The notes under the pieces are model-generated. The model had not been told where the DNA came from and made no database searches. It saw nothing but the letters and a program-made list of their open reading frames with translations. Positions 39,995-54,100 of a stretch of 64,000 nucleotides of DNA are shown in pieces (within the stretch, counting starts at the first letter, position 1; the number at the start of each line of letters is the position of its first letter). The stretch lies in NCBI GenBank assembly GCA_046563655.1, contig CM102284.1, forward strand, positions 4,836,001 through 4,900,000, in the 5' to 3' direction. Source of the DNA: Yuukianura sp. NJ FZ-2021 (Eukaryota). A program made the translations under genes and the position numbers.

Positions 39995-41607
39995 TCAATC
40001 TTCTTGTCCGTGATACGTTGTCCTAAAAACAGCAAAAAACGATCGATTATGAACGCAGTCAAGCGTACTTTCTACTACAAAATCCCCCAAGTAATATTCA
40101 CCAAGCATAAAACACAAGCTGAAGTTTATGCTGCTAGGAAGCTGCATGCTTGAATTGGAAACGTTTTAGAATGAAAATGTGGTAAGCATTAATCGATAAT
40201 CGAGTGACATAGTGTCAATTAGTAGGTTATTGGTTAAAGGAAGGCGAATAGGATTAGGAACTGAGGTATAGGATTAGGAACTGAGGTTAGTTTCAAAAGA
40301 ATTGGGCACAAAAGTTTGTGAATTACGGTGCGTTACCTCGGTTTGTTAGAATTCCGACGAGACGAACGAACTCCAGCGTTTCTGTTTGTGTCAAAGTATC
40401 GTTGCGTCTGCTTGCGGGCTACTCTAGTCTCCCTCGGAACTCGTTCTTTCAACTTGTAGGAAAACAGTTAAAAATTGTGTCAGATTAACTTCAATTCACC
40501 ATAAATGTTCCACTTTTAAGTAAAAGCTTCATTCCAATGTTCTTGACAAGTGGTGGGAAACTAAACTAACCGCCTGTACGAGGATGAGGATAAAATGAAA
40601 TTAAACCAAAGGGAGCAAAAGAAAAACGAAGGTGAAAGAATAAAGTTGCAAAGTCTAACAGCGTAAGTTGTTAGTTTAGCATGGATAGATGCAAATGCAA
40701 TCGGTTTAGTTAGAACGGATGCAGAAGAACCCAAAATAAGAGCCGTCATGTGACTTACGTTGTCGACTTTGTGCATGAAGGCTTCAACGAGCGCATGACA
40801 CGACAGGTTTTCTTCAGGCTCCCAAGTTGCCCTCTCTTTGCTATAGCCTTTCCATTTGATGAGGAACTCACGCTTATGATTCTTATTTGTGTGTACGTCC
40901 ATGATGCGGTCAACCTAAAGTGTTTGGATTGCAGAAAATCAATTAGCATTCAACAATTTTTGATTAGTAATTAGTTATAAACGTACCTCATATTCAGTTC
41001 CGGAATCTTCGTCTGTTTCTGGCTCTTCCTTCTTTGGCTTCTTAGCCTCTCGTTTGGAACCTTTACGTCCTTTCGGCTTCCCATTCTTTGCCGGGCGTTT
41101 GGATCCAGTAGCGACACGCCGCTTGCTGCTAGAAGCTTCAGCTTCCTCTTCCTTGTCTTCGTCACTGCCCTCCGAATCTGAAGCATGGTCTTCTGAATTA
41201 GCGTTGCTGGATTCTGTTTTGCTAGATGAAGCTTTCTTGGATGCTTTCAGATTTTTGGAAGCCCTTTTTCCGGCACTGGATTTTTTCTTTTTGGGAGCGG
41301 GGGCACTCAATTCTTCTTCGTCTGTGTCGTCGTGTTCCGAATTGCTAGCAGCCTCCTCGGCAGTTGATTCTTCCTTCTTCGCAGACGTTTTGGCCGTAGA
41401 AATCGTATTTCTTCCTTTTCCCTTATTGTTTACATTCCGTTCGTCTTCCTCCTCTGCTCTCTCGTCTTCACTATGGCTGGAGTTGACATGTTCTTGATCA
41501 TCCCCGGAATCTTCATCGCGGTACGATGCCTTGGTGGCTTTACGCCTTGTCGAAGTTGAAGCCTTACTCTTTGGGACTGTGGTAGAACGTTTCTTCGGCC
41601 TACCCAT
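39995..41607 (-). CDS. Chromodomain protein with acidic/basic disordered N-terminus (exon-3-included isoform, ~306 aa)
   Basis: Exons 41607-40987, 40914-40759, 40452-40337 and 40022-39995. Chromodomain EYEVDRIMD...EFLIKWKGYSKERATWEPEENLSC with intact Y/W/Y cage; no chromoshadow domain seen. Confidence 0.85.
40248..40287. repeat. 20-bp tandem duplication in an intron
   Basis: ATAGGATTAGGAACTGAGGT occurs twice in tandem. Confidence 0.85.
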
Positions 41608-43072
41608 CTTAGTATATGAAAGAAATCTGCGCTAAACAAAATTAGTGATCTCAGTTAATGCTATTACTAGGCTCTCCTTTTAAAAATTGGTGTATGGAGC
41701 AACGTCAAACGTTCTTCTTATTCTGTTGTTCCTTACCTAGTTTTAGTTAGGGAAGGGTACTGCTCTTTTCACACACAGTAGCACGATTACGTTCCGTGTC
41801 TCTCCAATCCAGTAAAGTTCAACTAACAAAACAAAAGTCAAATAATATTAAGTAACTTACACTTTGACGGCTAAAGACTAAAAAGTCTCATATTTTTCCA
41901 AGGCCTTTTCCTTACCTCTGATGGAGTGTCGCCGAGCCACTAATCGTTTCTTCGGATCGTTCCAAATTCCTCTGCGTTCACTTGTAACTCCTAATGAAGT
42001 AAATCCCAGCAAAACTTCGGTGTTGGCTGTTTGCGAATCGCGAAATCCAGTCTGTTTTCTAAACTCCGTTCCCTCCTGTTTTCCAAACAGAAACACATCT
42101 ACGCGTACGCAGTATAGGCAGAGACAGAGAGCAGAGAGGTATAGGAGCCAGCGGTTGGGGTAACGAAAACGTACATTTATTGGTACCACAAATGTAACCA
42201 CGGCCGCAGTAAGGCTAATCAGGGTCGCTGGATGATCGACCACTATCAATAAACTGACCCTGTTTATTAGTAAAGATAAAAGGTCTGATTTACTTTGTTT
42301 TTACTTTAACACAACTTTATCTTTACTTATACTTTACGTGTATAACCCGCAATAATTATTATTGCGGCAATAACAATTATTGTGGCCAACCCACCCGTTA
42401 CGAAACTAAATTCATTTATTTTTGCAACGAGTGGCTACATACGACGAACCTCACCTAAACTACCCGCACAAAAGGTGTGTAAAATGATTGCCAAAATTTA
42501 ACCAGGTATTGTACGCCGCTGGTGGTTTGAATTTCATAGGTACATTGGTGGGTTACAATGTGGTTACAACGGTGGCAATTGTCCTTACCAGAATCGAGAA
42601 GCAGTACGGCGGCTATGATGATCCAGAAGATATGACCGGGCAAAACAAAAAGAGACGCCACGCCACACTATGTCAGTTGACAATATTGGCGCGAAAAAAA
42701 GACTGTTAGTTACAGTTGCTGCCCAACGACGCAGTTTAGCATCCGCGGGCACCCATCTTGCAAACTGTAGGTACGAAAGTAGCGAAGGGTAGTTAACCTT
42801 TGACCTGGACAACACTTAATGCATGGTTAGCAAATGGTGACGTGTGTTTGAGCAAACCGTAGGAAACTTAAGTCCGCTGCCTACTCATACAGTAACCTCC
42901 ATAAATCATCTGCTTAGGGCACACGCAGACTCAACAACAATGGCATCGGTGACCCTACATAATAGAGAGTTATTATGTTGTTTCTGTTTCAAAGGTTACA
43001 TTTTCTAGAAGAAAGAATGCTAATAATTGTCAATAACGTTTTCGGACAAACGAAATAAAAACCTTAGACGTT

Positions 43073-44334
43073 TTAATATTTGTAACTCTGTTCAAGCCTC
43101 TTCTTGGTATGTTCATACGCTGACACTGGAACAAGATTTTGGCAAGTCTTGGCTTGTGGTCCGATTGGTGCCACCATCACGCTGTCGTCTGGGTGTATAA
43201 AATAAGGTATCGATTGCCTGTAGATTTGCTTCTTCGTTTCAATTTCAGGAATTAAGACACGGTGAACCTAAAAATCAACCGTGCAAGTTAGTCAACGACA
43301 AAATTGTTACTAATCGAAATCACTTTTGAATCTTACCGTCGCTGGATATCTTCCTCCAGACCAAAATTTTAGTAAATCTCCAGTGTTAAGAAGAATCGTT
43401 CCAGGAACTGGCGTTGCTGGTACCCATACTCCATCAGCTCTTAGAACCTAAAATTTTTCCAGAAAAATTAGAAACGATTAAATCCGAAATGGTGCAACTC
43501 AAATTCTAGAAATTGCAGAAACAATTGTATAGTTTTATACTTCGAGTCCGCCAATGTCATCTTGGAACAGTAGCGTGATTGTCCCATAATCTGAATGCGG
43601 AGAGCACCGAATGCTGCCCGGTTCAACATTTTCCGGAATGGGAGGGTAGAATATTGACCGAAAAGTTGTGTACGAGCTAACAGTTGGATCAGTGAATGCT
43701 TTTGAAACGTTATTGAAGTATTCCACATCTTCAAGCTGCAGCGCCCTTGCTAACAGTCTATGGATGCTGGCAATTAGTGGATGACATGCGCTGGCCAATC
43801 GGACCAAAGCTGACACAAATCCAGGACTTTCTGGAATCAGTTCTTGAACTTCGAGCTTTCCTTTTATGTTGATGGAAACGTCGAAACTCTCTCGCAATTC
43901 GGTCGTATACTTCCCTGGTTCAAGTCTTTAAAAATGTGTAACGAATTTCTCAAAATAAATTTTTAATAGCATTGTTCTGAAATAGTTTGACCTTTGACCT
44001 TACATTTCTCTGCTTGGTGAAGTATATCCATAGATATTCGGGAACTGCTTGACATACTTTTCTTTCAGCTCAGTTGGAAGCGTAAAAAATTCTAAACTTT
44101 TCGCAAAGGCATCGTCTACCTTGGTATCAAAAATTGAATTTTTCAAAAATTTTAGAATTCTCTTCCAAAATTATTTTTAAAACTTACAAGTTCTTGAGGT
44201 ACTCCATGATTTTTCAAGTAGATGAAGCCGATTGAAGACAGCACTTGGTCCACTCTATTGGAAACTGAAATCCACTCTTCCTCAGAGGGGTCACAGAGCA
44301 GTGACCCAATGTCAACTACTGGAATGCTCTCCAT
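43073..44334 (-). CDS. 2-oxoglutarate/Fe(II) dioxygenase (DIOX_N + 2OG-FeII_Oxy, IPNS-fold family), 5 exons
   Basis: IPVVDIG, IGFIYLKNHGV, HSDYGTITLLFQD..GGLEV, ATVHRV, RQS. Confidence 0.92.
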
Positions 44335-45180
44335 TATTTTACAAAATTTAACTTTATGGAAATATCAAAGCTTGTTTTTGAAAAAGTAAAATTGTTGGTG
44401 TTCTAGAAAGTAACTACTAACACCCAGTGCAAACTCTCTTGCGCTTATCTGTCCTGCTTCAACTTAAACTCTTATCTGCTTTTAAGTGGGACACTTAAAG
44501 CTAAGTATTTCCAACGACGACACCCATTCACGATTACGCTATAAAATCCAAAACAGTTGGGCTTTGGGCTGTAAGGTGTCAAATCAAGCTAGAAATGAAC
44601 GGTGAAACTATGCAACAATTTTCAAAAATCTTGAATGAAAACATCAAAATAAAACTTTCAAATTTTACCCACCTCCGTGATTTAGAAAATGGTCATGATG
44701 GAATCGAATTCTCAGAAATTTTTATGTCACTAAAATCATTGTCAGTCGTTCAATACAATTTTTAGATGGGAGCTTCGAAACTGGAAAGTTGGCATAGATA
44801 GTAGAATCATGCAAGATGCAACAAGCAACATGATCATATTGCATGGGAATAACCATCCACTGATGCGTTACATTATGGTTACGGCTTGACTTAATTTGGA
44901 GTCGTTGCCATGCCGACAAAGATTTCGTGCGCGTTATTTTTATTGACGTACATCTACGCCACCATTTTTAACCACCGGAAAGATTTCACACAAGCCTCAA
45001 ATCCTAAGAGAAAGTATTCTGCGCTGCGTCGCATCGTGTACAATTTTTCGAACCTGCTATTTGGCCATTTACCAATTCGTTGAACGATCGCTGATTCAAT
45101 TGGACACAGATTTCAACACTTTCTTATCTACACTACAACGCTCGTAACTGATTTCAATTCCAAGATCTCAGAAAATCGAA

Positions 45181-47134
45181 ATGGACACGCCAACATCATT
45201 CTCACAGGTAAAATATGACACTTAAAACAGAAGTTATAGCTTTCTTTTCAATTTCAATAAGAGATATAAATTTAAAGTAAATTTTTGGCCATTTTCCAGA
45301 TTGCCAGTTCTCAAATTTTGAGAAAAATCATCTCTTACTTACCGAAAAACGACCAACTGAACGTTCGCCTGGTGAACAAATGCTGGAACAGTGAAGCTCG
45401 TTACGCCATTGACGAATACGGTCTTACCAAAATTTGGTTAATCGAGAAATGTGACATGGATAGATTCCTGCGGGATTTTCCCAGCGCATGCGTGCAGCTC
45501 GACTTGAAAATCGCTGCAGCATCAATGTCCTACCAACAATTGGAGACTTTTGGAACCATTCACGGTAGTTCCGTGATTATCGGAGAAATTTGGCTTCCTC
45601 CGATGATCCAGAATTGGATGGAACACAAAGCTCGCTTGAGCATCAAGTACTGGACCAACGTTCAGAAATTGTCTGTCCGCTACTATTCATTCTTCATCTC
45701 AAGTCCCGAACTTCCTGAAGCACAGCAGACCATTTGCAGCAAATTTCCGAAATTTGAATTCCTGCGGGAACTGTGCGTCAGTGGCGTCACAACGGAACTG
45801 GAACTGATGCGTGACGTTCTCATCAATACTCCAGCGATGCTCAAAGTCGATCTGGAAATTATGTCCACAAATCCACCAATCCCAGCAGCTCTTCGGCCAC
45901 TACTGGACACTTTGTGTCAAGTTTCTGCCGACGCTATTGTCAATCTAGACGTTGGATTGGATTTCCTACCGCCCGAGAACCGTGCCCAGGCCACTCCTGC
46001 TCAATCAACGAAAACATTTTTGGAAGAAATGAAAGATTCTGGATTAGTTCCAGACGAACTACGCATTTCTTTGATCGTTGAGGTAGGTCCATGCCACCTC
46101 TTCGAAGGCGAAGTTCCGAAACTGGATTTGCCGGGTTGTATTGACGCCCAGTTGCAACCTTGGTTGAAGCAAGTATGCGAAGGCGGTCTGGAGAAACTGG
46201 CAATCCGAAGTGCAATTCCATCATTGGTGAGAATGAACATGTCACACAAGATGCCGGAACTGACAGTTCTTGACCTTGGATTCCACCTTGACACGCTGTT
46301 TCTTGGAGGATTCTTCGGTTTGTTCGGACTGATCGAACCAATGGAACCGATCAAATCTTGCCAAGTTCCAAACCTGGATACAATCATTTCCAGTGGAGTA
46401 CACAATCCTATGAGCAAGACTTGCGTCTTTCACCAAGTTACACGCCTTCGTCTGTACCATGGTGCCCAAATCTACAAACTGCCGTTGACGCTTTTCGAAG
46501 ATTTTTCTGGATCATGGGTGACGCAGTTTCCAAATTTAACTGCAGTGGACATCCCTGTGTTACCAGAAAGTTATGGGGCAATCAAGTCGCTTTTTACAAA
46601 TTTTGGGAACCTCACGGAACTCAGACTGCTTTTCAACGAAAATCTGTACGATGAAGATGAGGACACGACTGAAGGCAGTTGGGACGTTATGACTGGCGGT
46701 CTCCGACCAATCATGGACGCGGATACGTCCCTGGCTGTTCTCAAGGGCGAATCAACCAGTGGTGGTAGTAGTTGTGCTGGGTCTGCATCGGCGTCGGCTA
46801 CTGCTGGTCAACCTTCCATCAAAAACTTGAAAAGTGAGAAAAACTTAACTCGAATTGGTGTTTTTAGGACAGTGACCTCGTGTGACCTTTGTGTCTTTCC
46901 ATTCTTCTAGATCTCAAAATGTTGGATCTCTTTGGTCCACCGGACTGCATCGTCATGGCTATCATTCACTTTACTGCAACGAAGGCCATTCCGCGTCTGA
47001 ACAAACTCAAGATGTCGTTGGTCAACGAAGAAATGCTGTCGGTGGTCAGCAATTGCTGGGACGTTCTGTCGCCTTACCATGGAAGAGTGGACGTCACGGA
47101 TTCTTTTCCGGTGCCAATGTTGCCCAAGTGGTAA
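45181..47134 (+). CDS. F-box protein with degenerate LRR-like C-terminal region (3 exons)
   Basis: ILRKIISYLPKNDQLNVRLVNKCWN F-box-like segment and LxxLxL repeats; exons 45181-45207, 45300-46833, 46911-47134. Confidence 0.75.
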
Positions 47135-47849
47135 TGAAAATATGAAAAATTTCAAGAATTTCTCCAAAAAAAAAAGAAAACATCGTTACAATTTCAAAAT
47201 TTCACAAAATTGCTTTCGCTAAAAAGCAATACTTAAAGTAAAGGTGATCTGTAGTAATAGCGGTATTATAAAAGTTCCAAAGTACAAAGTACAGGAATCA
47301 TAAAACAGAAAAATGTGTTATAACACTTTACTATAATATAATATTTTTGAAATCGATGATTCAATAAATCGGTAGTTTTGAAATTTCTTCATCATTTTAT
47401 TTGATCACTAATATAATGCTGACTTGTATCATTTTCATTACCAGAAACTTGCTGCAATTTATACGAAGAATTTAATAGCGACGCCTCCGGTAATAGTATT
47501 GGCAAAAGGCAGGCAAAGAGTCTTGTAGACAAATTGCGCACGGAATTTCTTGCTTAGTTTTATTCAAGTCATTTGAAAATGCGGATAGAATTTTTAAAAA
47601 AAAATTATAAATTTTTAGTGAATTGGTTCGATTTCTACATTTTTATACAAAAAAACGAGGATGTAGTAAAACCACATTTAAAAAACCAACGGAAATTCAC
47701 ATTTTATGACAACTCCTCATCACTCCGAAGTGAATAACTTCTCATTTTGATTTTGTTGCTTTTGGTATACTTTTATAACGCTTAAACTGAAAAGAAATTT
47801 TGTTGCAAAATTTTGAGCAACTGACAAAGTTTCGTAGCCATCCTTCACT

Positions 47850-50369
47850 ATGAAGATTTTAGGAATTCGTAAATTTTTAACCAATTTGGCATTCCTATTC
47901 TGGTAACAATAACGTCATCATCATTGAAATACTTGCACAAAGCTTTACGGATTTTCACAGACAGTTTCTTAATGTAGAATGTATTTTTTAACTTGTTAAC
48001 TTTTTTTTTTCGAAGTTTTCACAATTGGGTTGCGGATGCGAATCATCGAAATTATGAAAACTGGGACCGAATTTACAGACAAACGCAGCAAATGGACACC
48101 ATGTCGCAAACGACTTCGTCGAAATTAGAAACAAATTCCAACATGGGGACAATGATTATGAAGAAACTGGACCAAATTGAGCAGAAGATGAACGAAACAA
48201 TTACAGATGAGCAGAGAGAAAATGAACAACTAATTAAACTGCTCAGTCTTCCAGAAAAATACAACAAATTCGAACTACCACGACTAGGTAATGGTTGGGC
48301 AAAGAGTGAAAAGTCAATAATTTGAGATTTGTTAAAACTAAAGTATCAAACAGCTAAACTAAAAAGTAGGCATATTTAACACGCTTAAAAACAGTTTTCT
48401 ATCTTTAGGAAAAGTCGGAAACTTTAGCAGAGTCAAAATATCTGTGGGCGTTCGAATACGAAATATTAGAGCCATTGACGTACTCAATGAGGTAAAACAA
48501 AAAATGGAGCATTTTCAAAAGAAATTTTTCGATTCGCAATTTTTAGTTACGATTTAAGTTAAACTTTATCTTGATATTTTATAAGGAAATTGGAATGGAG
48601 CTTGATTTAGTAGCAAAATGGATAGATCAACCTATTAAAAACCATCATAAAAATTACCGCAATATGTCACATAATCTGGATTCTGGATTTCTTAAAGAAA
48701 TTTGGTGGCCAAATTTAATTTTCAGTAAGCTGAATAATTTTAGGAATCATGCATATTAAAATTTGTTTTCATATAATATAAAACTAATCTGATCCACTAT
48801 TTCATTTTTGTTAGGCAGAACTGTATCAGTTGTTCGTCCAGATTTGCATGGATCTTATTTAATTCCAAGACCAGTGCGGCTCATCATAAGTCCACGACAA
48901 GGACTAATTGAAATGTCATCAAGGTAAGCCGAGTTCAGCAAAATGAATCATTTTTTGAAAATTTTGAAAACACTTGTTTTTTTTTTAAATTTTGTTTTCG
49001 GGTTTGGTTTTTATAGAATAGTGCTCAAAATTTACTGCCCAATGAACTTTATATACTACCCAGCGGATACCCAAAGTTGCGATATTCGCCTGCGTTCCTG
49101 TTAGTCAACAATTTTGAAACAATTCTAAGTCAATTTTTTTTAAATTTCGAAAGCAAAACATGAAAAGAAAACATATTTTAATGTTAGATGCAGAAACGAC
49201 TGATGACATTGACCTCAACTGGGACCTCGTCAGTGGTTCGGGTGACCCAGTCCCACAAGCCTACTTTTCTAACAGAGGTCATCCCAACTATGATATTCAT
49301 ATGCACAATGTCACAACAGTTTACCAACAAGAAGTCAATGTCAACAACCGACGCAGTAACATAAACATAACAATAACCTCTCTTTAACATAATGTAAAAC
49401 CGCGTGACCTCTGACCTCTACGACTTTCCTTATTTTCAGGTTTAAATTTCACTTATCTGCAGTTCACTCTGTCGACACGGAGAAAGCTCAGCTTCCACAT
49501 TATGGTAAAGTGAAAGTTTTAAAAGTAGTTTGAATTTTTCGCAATTTCTTATTATTTTTTGATTAATTTGTATTATTATATATTATTAATTTTTAGCAAA
49601 CATATATACCAAGTATTTTTCTGGTGGTGATTACATGGCTGGCTTTTTTCATCCCAATTGAACTTCTGGAAGCTCGGATTGGAATCTCAATGACAATTCT
49701 TTTGACGCTAACAGCTATGTTTGGTTCAATCAAGTAGGTCCTATGACTTTTGACCTTTTGAACATTGAAATTGACCTTTGACCTATTTTCTAGAGAGTAT
49801 ACACCGCCAGTGTCATACCGAAAGTCCATCGATACGTGGATGTTGACTTGCATCGTTTTTGTGTTCTTGACGCTATTTGAATTCACATTCCTCATGTACT
49901 TGAGGCACGTGAATGAGAAAGCACACGCGAAAGCTCTTGAATCAACTATTGAATCTTCCAACCAGCAGGTCTCTCGACTTTAAAAAAATAAACAAATTTA
50001 AAAAATTTCAATTCAAAACTCCACTTTTGTTTTTAGATTGAAAAAGAAAGTGTTGACGACACGGATAAATTGGGATCCAACACATCTTTGATTCAGAAAT
50101 GCGCTCATGAAAGGGACGTTGAAAAATACTTGCGAATTGCCAAATTGTACAAACTCACTACGTTCATTGTGGAAACTTATGGATTTATTACAGTCTCATT
50201 TGGATTCCTGCTTTTTAGTAAAAACCAAAATTTCATTTTTAATGAAATTAAAAAAAATGTACATTTTCGTTTTTGTGTTTCAGACATAGCCTACTGGCCG
50301 TGGTTGCTAACGTGGTCCCAGTACAACTTATTTAACCCCAACTCAACATTCAATGAGCCCATCCCTTGA
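47850..50369 (+). CDS. Cys-loop ligand-gated ion channel subunit (GABA/glycine/GluCl-like clade, divergent); start uncertain
   Basis: IWWPNLIF, Cys-loop CPMNFIYYPADTQSC, TM1 QTYIPSIFLVVITWLAFFI, TM2 ARIGISMTILLTLT, PPVSY.KSIDTWM..C TM3, TM4 ending in YW. Confidence 0.9.
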
Positions 50370-51154
50370 TCTATCGGAGGTCAAAGGTCAAAGCTGCCTC
50401 TTGTGGTCAAGTTCTTATCATTACAACAGGGACAAAATTTACCAAAATTTTGCTTTAGCATAAGGAAGTACAGCAATGCAGTGCTTTTTTTTTCAATTAG
50501 CTTTGTAACATTAGGTTAACTTAGGATGTTAAAGGTCTAAACTTCATTACTTACCTAACTTAAAACAGATTCAAACTCATAATCTAATTCAACTTATCAT
50601 AACATTAAATTTTACAACATAGTACTTGTGCAAAATTTTCAAATTTACTAAATTCCAAAAATGTTGCTTTTCGTTCTATTAAACAGATCATAAGATAATT
50701 CACTAAATCTTAAGGCAATTAGTGGCGAAAAGACGTGATTAAGTTCATAAGAAGTCAAAGTTGTGTGTATTTCAGTTTCTATACTTTTTTTTCAAAAATC
50801 GATTCAGTGAGTGCACAATTTTGGAAAATTTATCAGCATTTTGCCATCAGCTACTTTTAGAACTTAACTGTTTCGTCATTGTCATCATCGTTTCTAGAAG
50901 TTTGCTGTAATAAGCGTTGAGTATTTGTTTTTAGTAATAAAAGTTTTGCTGTTTCGTTAAATATCCGAAAATCCCCGAAACCGGGGTTTTGGAATATCCC
51001 CGGGAAAACATCAAATCCCCGGGGAAAATCATACACTGCAAATTATTTCCCAATTCGTCTGAAAACTCCTACGAAGCTTCTCCGCGTTGGTATGTAGCTG
51101 AACTGCTGACCTCGTTTTTCTTGTGTTTTTGAGTTTCTAGAATTTAGAAAACTG

Positions 51155-54100
51155 CTAGCTGAGAGAATTGGGCGGAGTCCAGTAGACTGAGGAAGTGTTG
51201 GAGTTGGAATTGAGGTCAACGGGACTCATAATTTGTTTCAAAATATCCAAGTTCTCATTTTCAACTGCCTGTGGAATGGAGGGAGTGGAAGATGAGTAGG
51301 TTCTTCTATTAGCCAAGTTTCTAAAAAAGCAAAACATGTGGGTTCAATTTAGAACAAATTCTTTTGTTTAAAAAATTTAGAAAGAATTTTGTTTAGAGCT
51401 CACAAAGTGGGTGAAGATTTTTTCCAAAGTGCTTCCATGATTTCATTTCGTTCCATTTGAGTCAAAATTCCAGAAACAGATTTGGCTTTACTCCTGTATA
51501 AAATTGGATTACAAAAACATTTATTTCAAATTATTAATAAAATAAATTAAAACATTTAATTCATAATAATTATTATGGTTCTCATTATAGAACAACAGCA
51601 AACTACTTCGTCACCTTTTAAGCTTTTGAGAGTCATTTTCTTTAAGATATTCCATAAGATAGTTAAAGGAGGTAACGGATAATTCTGGACCAGCAATCAA
51701 TGTCTACATACATAAAATTAAATAAAAAACTTAAAAATAATCTGAATATATTTATATATTAATTAATTAAATTTATTTAAATAAATTGTGTTTTTCACTT
51801 ACCGTGGAAGGCGGTGGAGCTCTGAGTTCCCTCAAATCCAGAGTTCTGTAAAAATCTAATTGGCCAATTTCAGCTAGGGTAGGAATTCTACCTTCTGGAT
51901 TTCGGAGAACGTACTCCAGTACTTCGCAAGCCTAGAGAGTAAAATTGTTATGTTAAACATGACTTTGTTAGGTTGTTAGCCTATTTCTTGTTAGGTTAAC
52001 TTTCAGCTCACTTGTGGATGACCTTTGACATGAGTCCAATTTTCTAGGGTCAGTTGGGAAGAATTTGCTTCATAACCAGAACACATTGAGAAGAGCACAT
52101 GGGCTTCAGAAAACAAAAATTTGAATTTCAACTTAAACTTTTCAAATTTCAAATTGAATTGTTTTAACGGGAGGTCAAAGGTCATTTAAGTTCTTACCAA
52201 ATGCAACGGAATCTATTTCCTCTGGAGTGGCTTCAAGCGTTTTGGAGTGGTGTTTAAAAAATGACTTGCGAATTGGTTGGTGTCCAAACAAAACATTGTC
52301 TAATCCCGAAAATCTAAAACATTCCCAGTGTTTTTTTTTAAAGAAAATACTTGAACTCTCAGTTTTAAAACTGTTTTGAATTTACCTGGCTGTTCCATAC
52401 TGGACCAAGACATTTCCTGGATGGAGATGCAGTCCTAGTCCAGGGGGAAGACCTTTAGATTTAAGCTCCAGCAATGCTTCCAGTACTTGGCAAGACAGTC
52501 GCTGAACTTGAACTTCGCTCAACCCACGCCCACCTTTCTTCCATTTCCTTTCCCACGATTCAGTCCAATCAGTCTGCATTCAAACAGAAAACAAATCAAT
52601 TTTTAATAACTTCTTGCATAATGCAACATAACCTCGACTGTAATAAACATAACCTCGAAGGTAATTTCAAATCAATATTCTATGCTCCATTAACTTTAAC
52701 GATTAACGATTCAAGGTCACGTCAAGGTCACAAATCAGTTTGGTTTTCACAACAGCTCACCTTTTGGAAGACATCTCGTACACTGCCTCTTACAACTACT
52801 GGTGCCACGACTATTGCAAATTCTTGACCCAAATTGTCTGCAAGCAGCACATCCAGGTCAAGCACAGGACATACATAAGGATGCTGAAGAGCTTGACAGG
52901 CCTACAAGCGAAAAAAAATCATACGATTTAACAAAAATTTAGCAAATTCAACACATTTTTAGGACTTTTAAAAAATTTCAAACTCCTGAAACTAGTGAAG
53001 AAAAAAAAGTTTGAAAAGTGAAAGTGACTTTCTCCTTTTGGAGAAAATTTCCACAAGAAATGCTTCCAACTCAAAAAAAATTGAACAACATTTTTTTTCA
53101 GTCCGACAATTCCTGGTGGATTTGACGCTTTTTCTACACTATTTTTTTGAATTCAAGGAAACAAAATGAAGTTGTCCTTGGAAATGACATTGATTGACCT
53201 TGAGCAGTGTGTTGAGAGGGTGGGGTTGTGACCTTGGGCTGAGCGGAGTGATGCTAAGGAGCCGCTCCGCACCCACCGTTGAGTCATTCAGTAAATACCA
53301 AAGGCGGTTCCCTCTCCAGCCTGCAAAATAATACCAAGTTAAGGAAAAACAAGCTTACTTTCACCGTACACTTTTCCTTTTACATAAGAATAAGAAAAGT
53401 CCATTTCCTGGAAGCGGCACCTAATGTTTTTTAGTGTGCTGGTGGTGGTGATGCTTGTTTAACATGCAATTTCTCCATCAACCAACAAGAGTAGTAATCT
53501 TCCTGTTTTTCATTACTGTCACTTCTACCCAAAAACGAATGGTGATACTTATTTACCGATTGTCGGAAGATGATCGATGAGGACATAACGCCCCCGCCGG
53601 GACTCCAAGTACTGCAAACATATCCGATGGGCAGTTGCACGCTCTAGTCTAAGTGATCCCTGGGCCAACGAAGAGGTCAAGGGGTCCAGCGTGGATGACA
53701 TCGTACTAAGTCCACCAAGTTCTCCCGAACAGAGGCTGTTTAAGTAAAAAGCTGTTTTACACTATGCTAGGTTGTCCCACTTTAATTAAAATTTACATCA
53801 GGTTTTACTATGTTTTGGATCACGCAGCATTAGCTGGCATTAGGTTTTAGCGGTAGGAGGGTGTGGCAGCATCGAAAGTGAAAGCAGGCACGCCAATAGC
53901 ATAACCTAATAGGTTTAGAATTGGATTAGCCTAACCTAACTAATACGTGAACCTAGGAAGAGAATAACTTAGGAGGAGAAAGTGAGGGGGTAATTATGCG
54001 TTTAACAAATTGAGAATGAAGGGTGGAGGGAACTTTTGAATAATTGACTAACGTAATGCTAGGATGATGGGGAAAGAGAGCATCGATTTTTGTTGGACAA

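Noticed and set aside
42455-42815. Overlapping short ORFs on both strands
   Set aside because: No recognisable motif or consistent splice structure.
43073-44334. Possible horizontally acquired isopenicillin N synthase (known from springtails)
   Set aside because: The motifs fit the broad DIOX_N/2OG family (HSDYG, RQS), and no ACV synthetase or other beta-lactam gene is in the window; true IPNS cannot be claimed.
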